Assembly: GCA_018063505.1 (NCBI GenBank)
Contig: JAGPBF010000001.1
Coordinates: forward strand, 7,724-71,723
Length of the DNA stretch: 64,000 nt
Origin: Rhodoferax sp.
GTDB taxonomy: Bacteria; Pseudomonadota; Gammaproteobacteria; Burkholderiales; Burkholderiaceae_C
Direction of reading: 5' to 3'
The position numbers and the translations under genes are program-made. Each line of letters starts with the position of its first letter. Position 1 is the first letter of the stretch. Below the pieces are notes generated by a model. It saw only the letters and a program-made list of their open reading frames with translations. It was not told the DNA's origin and did not search any database. Below, one piece after another: positions 42,141 to 51,582 of the stretch.

Positions 42141-45100
42141 TTAACCTGTGGCCGCCGGGGCCCTTTGCACACGGAACCAGGCCGCGTACATGGCCGGCAA
42201 TGCGAGCAGCGTCAGCACGGTGGCAACCACCAGACCGCCCATGATCGCAACCGCCATCGGCCCCCAGAACACCGAACGCGACAAGGGGATCATCGCCAGC
42301 ACCGCAGCAGCGGCCGTCAGCACGATCGGCCGCAGCCGGCGCACGGCGCTCTCCACAATCGCATCCCAGGCATCGATGCCGGCGGCGCGGTCCTGCTCGA
42401 TCTGATCGATCAGGATCACCGAATTGCGCTGGATCATGCCCATCAACGCGATCACGCCCAACAGGGCGACGAATCCGAATGGCCGGTTGAACAGCAGCAA
42501 TGCAGCAGCCACGCCGGCAATTCCGAGCGGGCCGGTCAGGAACACCAGCATCGCGCGGCTGAAGCTGTGCAGTTGCAACATCAGCAGCGTGAAGGTGATG
42601 AACAACATGATCGGTACGCCGGCCACGATCGACGCCGATCCCTTGCTGCTCTCTGCCACCGCGCCAGCCACGTCGATGCGATAGGCACTGGCACCGTTGT
42701 CGGCCCAGCGGGCTTCCAATGCCCGCAATTGCGGCAGCAACTGCCCGCTCACGGTGGCGCCCTGCAGGCCTTCGGCGATGTCGCCCTGCACGGTGATCGC
42801 GTAGTCGCGGTTTTCGCGCCACAACACGCCCGGCTCCCAGGCCAGCGACGGCCGTACCAGTTGCCGCATCGGGATGGCCTGGCCCGAACTCGAGGGCAGA
42901 TAGGCGTCGGAGAGATCGGTCAGGTGGGCCCGTTCGTCCAGCGGCTGGCGCAACACGATGTCGATCTGGTTGTCACCCTCGCGGTACTGCCCGATCGTGG
43001 ACCCGCTCAGAATGGTGCGCGATGACTGCGCGATCGCCTGGCTGGTCACGCCAAGCACCCGTGCCTTGGATTGGTCGACGTCGAGCCTGAGCACCTTGAC
43101 GAACTCGTTCCAGTTGTCGTTGACACCCCGCATATTGCTGTTCTCGCGCAGCACGGCCTTGACCTCGTCAGCGCGCTCGCGCAGTGCGAACGGCTCCGGC
43201 CCGACAACCCGGAACTGCACCGGATACGCCACCGGCGGCCCGTTGGGAAGCAGCTTGATGCGGGCACGCACCTCCGGAAACTCCTGCGCCATCAACGCCG
43301 GCAATCTGACCCTGAATGCTTCGCGCTCATTCAAGTCCTTGGGTATCACGATCAATTGCGACACGTTGGACTGCGCAAATACCAGGTCCATCGGCAGATA
43401 GAACCGCGGCACACCCGACCCGATCCAGGCGCTGACGCTGGCAATCCCCTGCTCTGCCAGTAGCCGCTTCTCGACGCGTTGCGTCACCGCGTCGTTGGCG
43501 ACGATCGATGTACCCTCCGGGAACCAGAGGTCGAGCAGAATTTCCGGCCGGCTCGAATCGGGGAAGAATTGCTGCTGCACCCGGCCCATGCCGACGATGC
43601 CCAAGGCAAAGATCAGCAGCGTGGCACCAATCGTGATCCAGCGAAAACGCAGACACCACTGCAGCACGCTGCGAAAGCGGTGGTAGAACGGGCTGTCGAA
43701 ACTCTCATGCGGTTCGGCGGCGCGTGTGCCATGTGCCACCACGTTGACGCGTACCGTTCGCGCATGGACAGCATTCACCTCCAGCGCTTCCAGCGCCTGC
43801 AGATCAGCGCCCTCCAGCGGCGGCTGATGGCGCAGGTGCGCTGGCGCCTTGAGCAACAAGGTGCCCAGGTAGGGCACGAAATACACCGACACCAGCCAGC
43901 TCACGACCAGGGCCAGCACGGTGACTGCAAAAATCGCAAAGGTGTACTCGCCCGTGACCGATCGGGCAATGCCGATGGGCAGGAAGCCCGCCGCCGTGAT
44001 CAAGGTGCCGGTGAGCATCGGTATCGCGGTGATTTCATAGGCAAAGGTGGCGGCACGCACCTTGTCGTACCCCTCCTCGATCTTGCGCACCATCATTTCG
44101 ACCGCAATGATGGCGTCATCGACCAGCAGGCCCAGCGCGATGATCAGCGAGCCCAGCGAGATCTTGTGCAGACCGATGCCCCAGTAATACATGCCGATGA
44201 AGGTGACCGCCAGCACCAGCGGAATCGTGATCGCCACGATCAGCCCCGGGCGCATGTCGATGTAGTAGCGGCGGTACCACGGCGGCGTTCCCTCACGCCG
44301 GTGCAGGCCCAGGCTGATGAAACTCACGGCCAGCACGATCAGGATCGCCTCGATCAGCACGGCGACGAACTCGTTGACCGAACGCGACACCGAACGCGGC
44401 TGGTCCTGCAACTGCACCAGGCTCATCCCGGCCGGCAGCTGGCCTTCGATGCGTTGCGTCGTCAGCCGGAGCGCCTTGCCCAGCGCGATGATGTCGCCGC
44501 CCTTGGTCATCGAGACACCCAGCGCGATCACCTGCTGACCCTGGTGCCGCACCCGGACCTGCGGCGGATCTGCGTAGCCGCGGGTCACCGACGCGATATC
44601 CGACAAACGGATCAGTTTGCCCGAGGCGCCGCGGATCGGCATGTCGCGCAACTGCGCCAGCGAGTTGAACTGGCCGGCTACCCGCACCTGCACCGTGTCC
44701 AGCGGTGTCTGCACCACACCGGCGCTCTCCACCGCGTTTTGCTGATTGAGCTGCGCCAGCACCTGGTTCATGTCCAGGCCGAGCTGGGCCAGGCGTTTCT
44801 GCGAAATCTCGACGAAGACCTTCTCGTCCTGAGCGCCGAACAGCTCGACCTTGTTCACATCGGGCACGCGCAGCAGTTGCTGGCGAACATCGTCGGCGAA
44901 GGTCTTGACCTCGGCATTGCTGAATCCGTCGGCCTGCAGCGCATAGATCACACCGTAGACATCGCCGAAATCGTCGTTGAAGAATGGTCCGCGCACGCCA
45001 GCGGGCAAGCTCCCGGCCATGTCGCCGACACGTTTGCGCACGGTGTACCAGGCATTGGGCACGTCCGATGCACGGGTCGAATCCTTGAGCTCGAACACGA

Positions 45101-45398
45101 TCAGCGACTCACCGGGTTTCGAGTAACTGCGGATCCGATCTGCGCCCTGCACTTCCTGCAGCGTCTGCTCGATCCTGTCCGTCACCTGCTCGGCCATCTG
45201 CTGTGCCGTGGCGCCCGGCCAGAACACCCGCACCACCATGACCCTGAATGCAAACGGCGGGTCCTCGTCCTGCCCCAGCTGGAAATAGGCCGCCGTGCCG
45301 AGCAGCATCAGCACCACCATCAGGTACCGCGTCAGTGCCGCATGCTCCAGCGCCCACCTGGAGAGATTGAACCCGGGCTTGGGATTGACTTGCGCCAT
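42141..45398 (-). CDS. RND efflux permease (AcrB/MdtB-like)
   Basis: About 12 TM, with LLVDDAII proton-relay Asp pair, RNSVIL and RLRPIVLT. Confidence 0.95.
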   Translation of the reverse strand: MAQVNPKPGFNLSRWALEHAALTRYLMVVLMLLGTAAYFQLGQDEDPPFAFRVMVVRVFWPGATAQQMAEQVTDRIEQTLQEVQGADRIRSYSKPGESLIVFELKDSTRASDVPNAWYTVRKRVGDMAGSLPAGVRGPFFNDDFGDVYGVIYALQADGFSNAEVKTFADDVRQQLLRVPDVNKVELFGAQDEKVFVEISQKRLAQLGLDMNQVLAQLNQQNAVESAGVVQTPLDTVQVRVAGQFNSLAQLRDMPIRGASGKLIRLSDIASVTRGYADPPQVRVRHQGQQVIALGVSMTKGGDIIALGKALRLTTQRIEGQLPAGMSLVQLQDQPRSVSRSVNEFVAVLIEAILIVLAVSFISLGLHRREGTPPWYRRYYIDMRPGLIVAITIPLVLAVTFIGMYYWGIGLHKISLGSLIIALGLLVDDAIIAVEMMVRKIEEGYDKVRAATFAYEITAIPMLTGTLITAAGFLPIGIARSVTGEYTFAIFAVTVLALVVSWLVSVYFVPYLGTLLLKAPAHLRHQPPLEGADLQALEALEVNAVHARTVRVNVVAHGTRAAEPHESFDSPFYHRFRSVLQWCLRFRWITIGATLLIFALGIVGMGRVQQQFFPDSSRPEILLDLWFPEGTSIVANDAVTQRVEKRLLAEQGIASVSAWIGSGVPRFYLPMDLVFAQSNVSQLIVIPKDLNEREAFRVRLPALMAQEFPEVRARIKLLPNGPPVAYPVQFRVVGPEPFALRERADEVKAVLRENSNMRGVNDNWNEFVKVLRLDVDQSKARVLGVTSQAIAQSSRTILSGSTIGQYREGDNQIDIVLRQPLDERAHLTDLSDAYLPSSSGQAIPMRQLVRPSLAWEPGVLWRENRDYAITVQGDIAEGLQGATVSGQLLPQLRALEARWADNGASAYRIDVAGAVAESSKGSASIVAGVPIMLFITFTLLMLQLHSFSRAMLVFLTGPLGIAGVAAALLLFNRPFGFVALLGVIALMGMIQRNSVILIDQIEQDRAAGIDAWDAIVESAVRRLRPIVLTAAAAVLAMIPLSRSVFWGPMAVAIMGGLVVATVLTLLALPAMYAAWFRVQRAPAATG

Positions 45399-45405
45399 GG
45401 CAGAT

Positions 45406-46545
45406 TCAGCGGGCTGGTGCCGGGGTCGCCGAAACTGCAGCATCGGTGGCTGCTTGCGCCACCGGACGGTAAATGCTGACCTTCTGCCCTTGCGTCAGCA
45501 CATGGACACCGGCAATCACGACCTGCATGCCCGGCTCCAGGCCGCTGGCCACCACCACCTCGTTGCCGTCGGCTGCCACCAGCTGCACCGGTTGCGAACG
45601 CAGCGTCATGCTGGCCGGCTCCAGCACCCATACGGCCGATCCACTGGCATCCTGCTTGAGCGCACTGGTCGGCAGCTTGATCACCGCCTGCCCCTTGCTC
45701 GAGAGGTCGCGCGCAATCACCGTCACGGTCGAACCCAGCGGCAGTCGCACATCGGGCTCCAATGCCAGCTTGATCTGAAAAGTGCGCGTCACCGGATCGG
45801 CCAGCGCACCTTTTTCGCGCACCGAGCCCTGGTAGACGGCGCCGGTCGACCAGACGCGGACCTGGGCGGCGCTGCCCACGCCGATGGCCGCGATGCTGCT
45901 CTCGGGGACCGAAAACCACACATCGAGCGGACCATCCTGGGCAATACGCACGATCGGTGCACCGACTGCCACCACCTGCCCCGGTTCGGCTTCCACTGCG
46001 GTGATGGTACCCGCCATCGGCGCGACCAGATCGCTGTACCCTGACTGGTTCGACTGTGCCTTGAGTTGCGCCTGCACCTGTGCCACCTGCGCCTGGGCCG
46101 CGTTCAAAGTCGCCTGGCGACGGTCGACCTCGACACCACTGATGAAATTCTGCTCCTTCAATGACTGCGCCCGCTGCAACTCGTTCACCGCCAGGTCGCG
46201 GCTGGTCTGCGCCTGCGTCACCTGGGCCTGCGCCGCCTGCGTGGCCAGACGCAGGTCCTGCGGGTCGAGCTGGGCCAGCAGATCACCCCGCTTGACCCGT
46301 TGGCCGATCTCGGCAGGACGGCGCAGGATCTTTCCGGCAACCCGAAAACCCAGGCGCAACTCGGTACGTGCGCGCACCTCGCCGGCAAACTCGGGCTGCG
46401 CATGCATCTGCCCCACCTGCACGGTCATCAGCTTGACGGCACGCACCGGCTCCGGCGCAGCCGTCGGACGTGAGCACGAGGCCACAACCAGGGCGAGGGC
46501 TGGCGCCAGAACAATGGCCAGCCCTCTGAAAGGCAATATTCGCAT
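45406..46545 (-). CDS. RND periplasmic adaptor (MFP), lipoprotein
   Basis: Lipobox VASC, GFRVAGKI, hairpin and LVAPMAG. Confidence 0.93.
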   Translation of the reverse strand: MRILPFRGLAIVLAPALALVVASCSRPTAAPEPVRAVKLMTVQVGQMHAQPEFAGEVRARTELRLGFRVAGKILRRPAEIGQRVKRGDLLAQLDPQDLRLATQAAQAQVTQAQTSRDLAVNELQRAQSLKEQNFISGVEVDRRQATLNAAQAQVAQVQAQLKAQSNQSGYSDLVAPMAGTITAVEAEPGQVVAVGAPIVRIAQDGPLDVWFSVPESSIAAIGVGSAAQVRVWSTGAVYQGSVREKGALADPVTRTFQIKLALEPDVRLPLGSTVTVIARDLSSKGQAVIKLPTSALKQDASGSAVWVLEPASMTLRSQPVQLVAADGNEVVVASGLEPGMQVVIAGVHVLTQGQKVSIYRPVAQAATDAAVSATPAPAR

Positions 46546-46575
46546 GGTGGTTTGCGCCGATCGACGCGCAGAAGT

Positions 46576-46599
46576 ATTAATGACTAGTTGGTCAGTAAT
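46576..46599. promoter_or_regulatory. Palindromic operator (TetR-family-like) in the divergent RND/hpnC promoter
   Basis: ATTAATGAC-TAGTTG-GTCAGTAAT, with 8/9 arm symmetry. Confidence 0.6.
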
Positions 46600-46639
46600 C
46601 TAGGGGAATAGCTGCACTTTGTCAAGCGACAATGCCCGC

Positions 46640-47524
46640 GTGAACAGTCCCGCCAGCACTTACCGTCCACCCGCCGAGCACTATGAAAATTTCCCGGTGG
46701 CCTCCTGGTTCTGCCCGCCCGCATTGCGCGCCCCGATCGCCGCCATCTACTGGTTTGCCCGGACCGCGGACGATATTGCCGACGAAGGCCAGGCCACGGC
46801 CGAAAGCCGCCTGGCGGCGCTGGCGCACATGCGCGAAGACCTGCACCGCGCCAGTCGCAGCCAGCACACCAGCGAACGCTGGCCACAGATTTTTGCCAAC
46901 CTGGGCCCGATGATCCGGCACTACAACCTGCCACTGGCCTTGCTGGCCAATCTGCTCGATGCCTTCGAGCAAGACGTGCGGTATACCGCAGCGGCACAAC
47001 GCTACCAGACCGACGCCGAATTGCTCGCGTATTGCCGCCTGTCGGCCAATCCGGTGGGCCGGCTATTGCTTCACCTGTACGGCATCCAGGACGCCGCGTC
47101 GCTGCGCCGCAGCGACCAGATCTGCACCGCGTTGCAACTGATCAATTTCTGGCAGGACCTGGGACGCGACATCGAACGCGGCCGCTGGTATCCCAGCGTG
47201 GCGCAAATGGCGCGGCATGGCGTGACCGATGCCGCCCTGCAATGCGACCAGCCGCATGCCGCAGCCAGTCGCATGGTGCAGGACTACGCCGCGCAGGCGC
47301 GAGCCCTGATGCTGCAAGGTGCGCCGCTGGCGTATCAGCTGGCAGGCCGCGCCGGATGGGAGTTGCGCCTGGTGGTTCAAGGTGGTCTGCGCATCCTGGA
47401 CAAGCTCGCCGCCATCGACCATGCCAGCTGGCGCCAACGGCCGCGGCTGGGCAAACGCGATGTGCCCCTATTGCTTTGGCGCGCCTTCGGCCCGGGCCAG
47501 GCGCGCATGGCGGAGCCGACCTGA
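46640..47524 (+). CDS. hpnC: Squalene synthase HpnC
   Basis: HYENFPVAS, ADDIADEG, SANPVGR and LQLINFWQD. GTG 46640 is the likely start. Confidence 0.93.
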   Translation: MNSPASTYRPPAEHYENFPVASWFCPPALRAPIAAIYWFARTADDIADEGQATAESRLAALAHMREDLHRASRSQHTSERWPQIFANLGPMIRHYNLPLALLANLLDAFEQDVRYTAAAQRYQTDAELLAYCRLSANPVGRLLLHLYGIQDAASLRRSDQICTALQLINFWQDLGRDIERGRWYPSVAQMARHGVTDAALQCDQPHAAASRMVQDYAAQARALMLQGAPLAYQLAGRAGWELRLVVQGGLRILDKLAAIDHASWRQRPRLGKRDVPLLLWRAFGPGQARMAEPT

Positions 47525-47582
47525 TGCGCCCTGCAAGCATGCCCTGCTCCCCATCGACGCGTTCCGAACCGAGGCTGCAGCC

Positions 47583-48434
47583 ATGACGCCGCAGGATTAC
47601 GTCCAGCAGAAGGCTGCCGCATCAGGTAGCAGTTTCTACTACGCCTTTCTGTTCCTGCCCAAACCCCGCCGCGCCGCCATCACCGCGTTTTATGCGTTCT
47701 GCCGAGAAGTCGACGACGTCGTTGACGACATGGTCGATCCGGGCGTGGCGGCGACCAAGCTGGCCTGGTGGCGCTCGGAGGTGGCGCAATCGTTCGCCGG
47801 CCAGCCCAGCCATCCGGTAACCCAGGCCCTGATGCCACTGGCACCCCGGTTCGGCATCGAGGCACGCCACCTGCTGGCCGTTGTCGATGGCTGCCAGATG
47901 GATTTGCAGCAGACCCGCTACCTGGATTTCCCGGCGCTGCAGCAGTACTGCCATCTGGTGGCCGGAGTTGTCGGCGAAGTTGCCGCGTCGATCTTCGGTC
48001 AGAGTGCCCCAGGCACGACGGCATACGCCCACAAGTTGGGCCTGGCACTGCAGCTGACCAACATCATCCGCGATGTCGGTGAAGACGCGATGCGTGGCCG
48101 GATCTACCTGCCGGTCGACGAACTGCAGCAATTTGACGTAAAGGCACACGAAATCCTCAAGCGCCCCTCGGACACCGAGTTCCGCGCGCGCTTCGTCCGG
48201 CTGATGCAGTTCCAGGCCCGGCGTGCCCATCGGTTCTATGAGGAGGCTTTTGCGCTGCTGCCCGACGCCGACCGCCGTGCGCAAAAACCCGGCCTGATGA
48301 TGGCCAGCATCTACCGCACGCTCTTGCGCGAGATCGAGCGCGATGACTTTGCCGTGTTGCACCAGCGGGTCAGCCTCACGCCGCTGCGCAAGTTCTGGCT
48401 GGCCTGGCGGGTACAGGCGCTCGGACGTGTCTGA
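47583..48434 (+). CDS. hpnD: Presqualene diphosphate synthase HpnD
   Basis: SGSSFYYAF, VDDVVD and LQLTNIIRDVGED. Confidence 0.93.
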   Translation: MTPQDYVQQKAAASGSSFYYAFLFLPKPRRAAITAFYAFCREVDDVVDDMVDPGVAATKLAWWRSEVAQSFAGQPSHPVTQALMPLAPRFGIEARHLLAVVDGCQMDLQQTRYLDFPALQQYCHLVAGVVGEVAASIFGQSAPGTTAYAHKLGLALQLTNIIRDVGEDAMRGRIYLPVDELQQFDVKAHEILKRPSDTEFRARFVRLMQFQARRAHRFYEEAFALLPDADRRAQKPGLMMASIYRTLLREIERDDFAVLHQRVSLTPLRKFWLAWRVQALGRV

Positions 48435-48473
48435 GGCCCTGACCCGGTGCGGCGCAGGCGCGCTGCGCGCACC

Positions 48474-49763
48474 ATGAAGATGGCGATTGTCGGTGGTGGC
48501 TGGGCCGGCATGGCGGCGGCCGTCTCCGCCGTGCAGGCCGGCCATCAGGTGACACTGTGGGAGGCCTCACGCACCCTGGGCGGCCGGGCTCGCGCCTTGG
48601 CGGCGACCTTGCCCGACGGTAGCACCGTGGTTCTGGACAACGGCCAGCATATCCTGATCGGCGCCTACCGCGAATGCCTGCGCCTGATGGCGCTGGTCGG
48701 TGTCGACCCGGCGCAGGCACTGCTGCGCCAGCCGCTGAACATGCGTTTCTCCGACGGTGGCGGCATCCGCTTCCCGCGCTGGCCGGCACCCTTCGATGCA
48801 CTGGCGGGCATCGTGACAGCGCGTGGCTGGCATTACCGTGACAAGCTGGCCCTGGTGCTGCAGGTCTTGCGCTGGCGACTGGAGAGCTTTCAATGCGAGG
48901 CCAGGCAGTCGGTCGCCGACGTCTGCCGCGACCTGACCCCACGGGTATTGACCGAGCTGATCGAGCCACTGTGTGTGTCAGCCCTGAACAGCGCGGCCGC
49001 CGAGTCCAGTGGGCAGGTATTCCTGCGCGTGATGCAGGACGCGATGTTCGGCGGCAGCGGCAGCTCGCACCTGCTGTTGCCCACGACCGACCTCTCGGCC
49101 CTGTTCCCGGCCCGCGCAGCGTTATGGCTGGCGCAGCATGGGGCCACCGTGCACGTCGGTGTCCGGGTCGGACGACTGGAGCGCGAAGACGCGCACTGGA
49201 AGGTCGAAGGCGAAACCTGCGACCGGGTGCTGCTGGCCACGGCGGCGCCGGAGGCACAGCAGCTGCTGCACTCCTGCCTGCCCCGCTGGCCGCTACCGAT
49301 ACAGGCATCGGCACGGCTATGGCTGGCTGCGGCGAGTGCTCTGCAGCACATGCCGATCGCCACGGTCTATGCCTGGGGCGTTGGCGCTGCACTCGCCCAA
49401 CCGATGCTGGCGTTGCGACCCGGCCAAACAGCCGGCCAGGTCTGGCCGGCACAGTTCGTATTCGACCGCGGGCAGCTTGGCGGACCGGCCGGATTGCTGG
49501 CTTTCGTCATCAGTGCCAGCCGGGGTTCGCGCGAACAATTGCAGGCGCAGGTGCTGCAGCAGGCAAAGGCGCAACTCGGGTTGGACCTGCAGGCGGTGCA
49601 GACTGTCGTCGAGAAACGCGCCACCATCGCATGCACACCCGCCCTGGTGCGCCCGCCGATGGATATCGCCGTTGGCCTGCGGGCCTGCGCCGACTATGTG
49701 GACGGGCCCTACCCGTCCACGCTGGAGGGCGCGGTACGCAGCGCGACGGCGGCTATTCGATGA
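48474..49763 (+). CDS. hpnE: Hydroxysqualene dehydroxylase HpnE
   Basis: GGGWAGMAAA FAD site, DNGQHILIGAY and YPSTLEGAVRS. Follows hpnCD. Confidence 0.92.
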   Translation: MKMAIVGGGWAGMAAAVSAVQAGHQVTLWEASRTLGGRARALAATLPDGSTVVLDNGQHILIGAYRECLRLMALVGVDPAQALLRQPLNMRFSDGGGIRFPRWPAPFDALAGIVTARGWHYRDKLALVLQVLRWRLESFQCEARQSVADVCRDLTPRVLTELIEPLCVSALNSAAAESSGQVFLRVMQDAMFGGSGSSHLLLPTTDLSALFPARAALWLAQHGATVHVGVRVGRLEREDAHWKVEGETCDRVLLATAAPEAQQLLHSCLPRWPLPIQASARLWLAAASALQHMPIATVYAWGVGAALAQPMLALRPGQTAGQVWPAQFVFDRGQLGGPAGLLAFVISASRGSREQLQAQVLQQAKAQLGLDLQAVQTVVEKRATIACTPALVRPPMDIAVGLRACADYVDGPYPSTLEGAVRSATAAIR

Positions 49764-50751
49764 TCAGCTTCTGGCTGCGCACCAGGTTGCGCCAGCCACG
49801 GTAGTCCGCCTCGATGAACTGCCCCAGCATGGCCGGCGAACCCGGTGCGGCCTCGACGGCATCGGCGCGAAACCGTGCCACCACGTCGGGCATGGCCACG
49901 AGTTTGGCAATGGCGGCGTTGAGCCTGTCAATGATCGCCACCGGTGTTCCGCTTGGCGCCATCAGCGCGAAATAGTTGACCACGTCGATACCGGCCAGGC
50001 CGGACTCGGCCATGCTGGGCACGTCGGGCAAGGCGCTGGAACGCTTGGCACTGGTCACCGCCAGCGGCTTGACGCGGCCGTCCTTGATGAACGGCAGCAG
50101 CGCCGGAATCGTTCCGGTCACGATCTGGATCTGCCCGGCAATCATGTCCAGCGTGGCCGGTGCAATGCCGCGATAGGGAATATGCGTGATGAATGTACCG
50201 GTGCGCGACTTGAGCAGTTCCAGCACCAGGTGGTTGACGCCACCGGCTCCGGCCGATCCGTAATTGAGCGCGCCAGGCCTGGCTTTGGCCAGCTTCACCA
50301 GCTCGCGCATATTGCTGGCAGGCAGATTCGGGTTGGCTGCCCATACCAGCGGACCGGTGGCGATCATGCCGACCGGCGCAAACTGCCGCAGTGGGTCGTA
50401 TCCGGCACTGGGCAGCGATGCCGCAACCGTGGTGAACGGCGAGGCGATCAGCAGCAAGGTGTAGCCATCGGCAGCTTGTTGCGCCACATACTGTGTGCCG
50501 ATGGCGCCGGACGCGCCGGTCCGGTTTTCAACCAGAAAACTGCCACCCAATACCTCGGCGAGTTTGAGCGCCACCAGGCGCCCCATGGCGTCGGTACCGG
50601 CGCCGGCCGCGAACGGCACGACGATACGCACCGGCTTGTCAGGGTAGGTTTCCGCCGATGGCTGTGCGCCGGCCTGCTGGCACAACATCGACAGTCCGAA
50701 AGCCAGCGCCAGACCCCAGCGGGCTGCGGTTTTGCTGCTATGACGAAACAT
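49753..50751 (-). CDS. Bug/TctC tripartite tricarboxylate receptor
   Basis: YPDKPVRIVVPFAAG, ENRTGASG and HIPYRG. Confidence 0.93.
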   Translation of the reverse strand: MFRHSSKTAARWGLALAFGLSMLCQQAGAQPSAETYPDKPVRIVVPFAAGAGTDAMGRLVALKLAEVLGGSFLVENRTGASGAIGTQYVAQQAADGYTLLLIASPFTTVAASLPSAGYDPLRQFAPVGMIATGPLVWAANPNLPASNMRELVKLAKARPGALNYGSAGAGGVNHLVLELLKSRTGTFITHIPYRGIAPATLDMIAGQIQIVTGTIPALLPFIKDGRVKPLAVTSAKRSSALPDVPSMAESGLAGIDVVNYFALMAPSGTPVAIIDRLNAAIAKLVAMPDVVARFRADAVEAAPGSPAMLGQFIEADYRGWRNLVRSQKLIIE

Positions 50752-50861
50752 GTTGGCTTGCTTTCCTCAATAGAAGTCCATCGACCGATGCCACTGGCAG
50801 TGGCCAGCGCGTCAACCCCGATTGTGTGGCAGCCCCATGACAGACGCGTGACGCATCGGTC

Positions 50862-51563
50862 TCAGGCAGCCTGGCCCAGCAACACACACAGCTGCTGCAG
50901 GTCTTGCACGCTGGCGTGCGGCTGCGCGTCATGGCACCAATCGCGCCCTTCCCGGTTGACCCACACCGTCTGCATGCCTGCGGCCAGGCCGCCGAGCACG
51001 TCGAGCGCCGGATCGTCCCCCACGTGCAGCACTTCGTGCGGCGCAACACCCGCGGCCTGCGCCGCCGCATGGAAAATCCGCGGATCGGGCTTGGCCACAC
51101 CCAGCAGATGGGCGCTGACATCCCCCTTGAAGTGGGCGCCGATACCGATACGCCCGACATCCGCATTGCCGTTGGATACCGCGATCACCGGATACCGCGA
51201 TGCCAGGAAAACCAGCGCCGGCAAGGCATCGGCATACAACTCGACCCGCATCCGGTGCTCGAAGAACACGTCGAATGCCGGCTCGGCCAGTGCCGTGTCC
51301 TCGCCATTGCGCAAGAGCGCCTCCCGCACTGCCGCGCGACGCAAGGCACTCATGTCATGGCCCAGGTCCGGGCGGCTTTGCACCACCGCATCGCGCAGCG
51401 ACTGGCGCTGAACCGGGTCGGCAAATACCGCAGCGCTTGCCGGTGCCCGCTGGGCCAGCCAGGCCACCATCTGCGCCTCCGCACGCGAAATGGCAGGCCA
51501 GATCGGCCACAAGGTGTCGTCCAGGTCCAGGCCAATGGCCTTGATGCGCAATAAATCCAGCAT
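50862..51563 (-). CDS. HAD-superfamily hydrolase (YigB-like)
   Basis: LDLDDTLW, SNGN, AKPD and HVGDD. Start 51563 or 51584. Confidence 0.9.
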   Translation of the reverse strand: MLDLLRIKAIGLDLDDTLWPIWPAISRAEAQMVAWLAQRAPASAAVFADPVQRQSLRDAVVQSRPDLGHDMSALRRAAVREALLRNGEDTALAEPAFDVFFEHRMRVELYADALPALVFLASRYPVIAVSNGNADVGRIGIGAHFKGDVSAHLLGVAKPDPRIFHAAAQAAGVAPHEVLHVGDDPALDVLGGLAAGMQTVWVNREGRDWCHDAQPHASVQDLQQLCVLLGQAA

Positions 51564-51582
51564 AGCTGCGGGAGAATACAGC

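Noticed and set aside
49138-51411. 757-aa plus-strand ORF
   Set aside because: Out-of-frame over hpnE and antisense to Bug and HAD; low-information Arg/Ala-rich translation.
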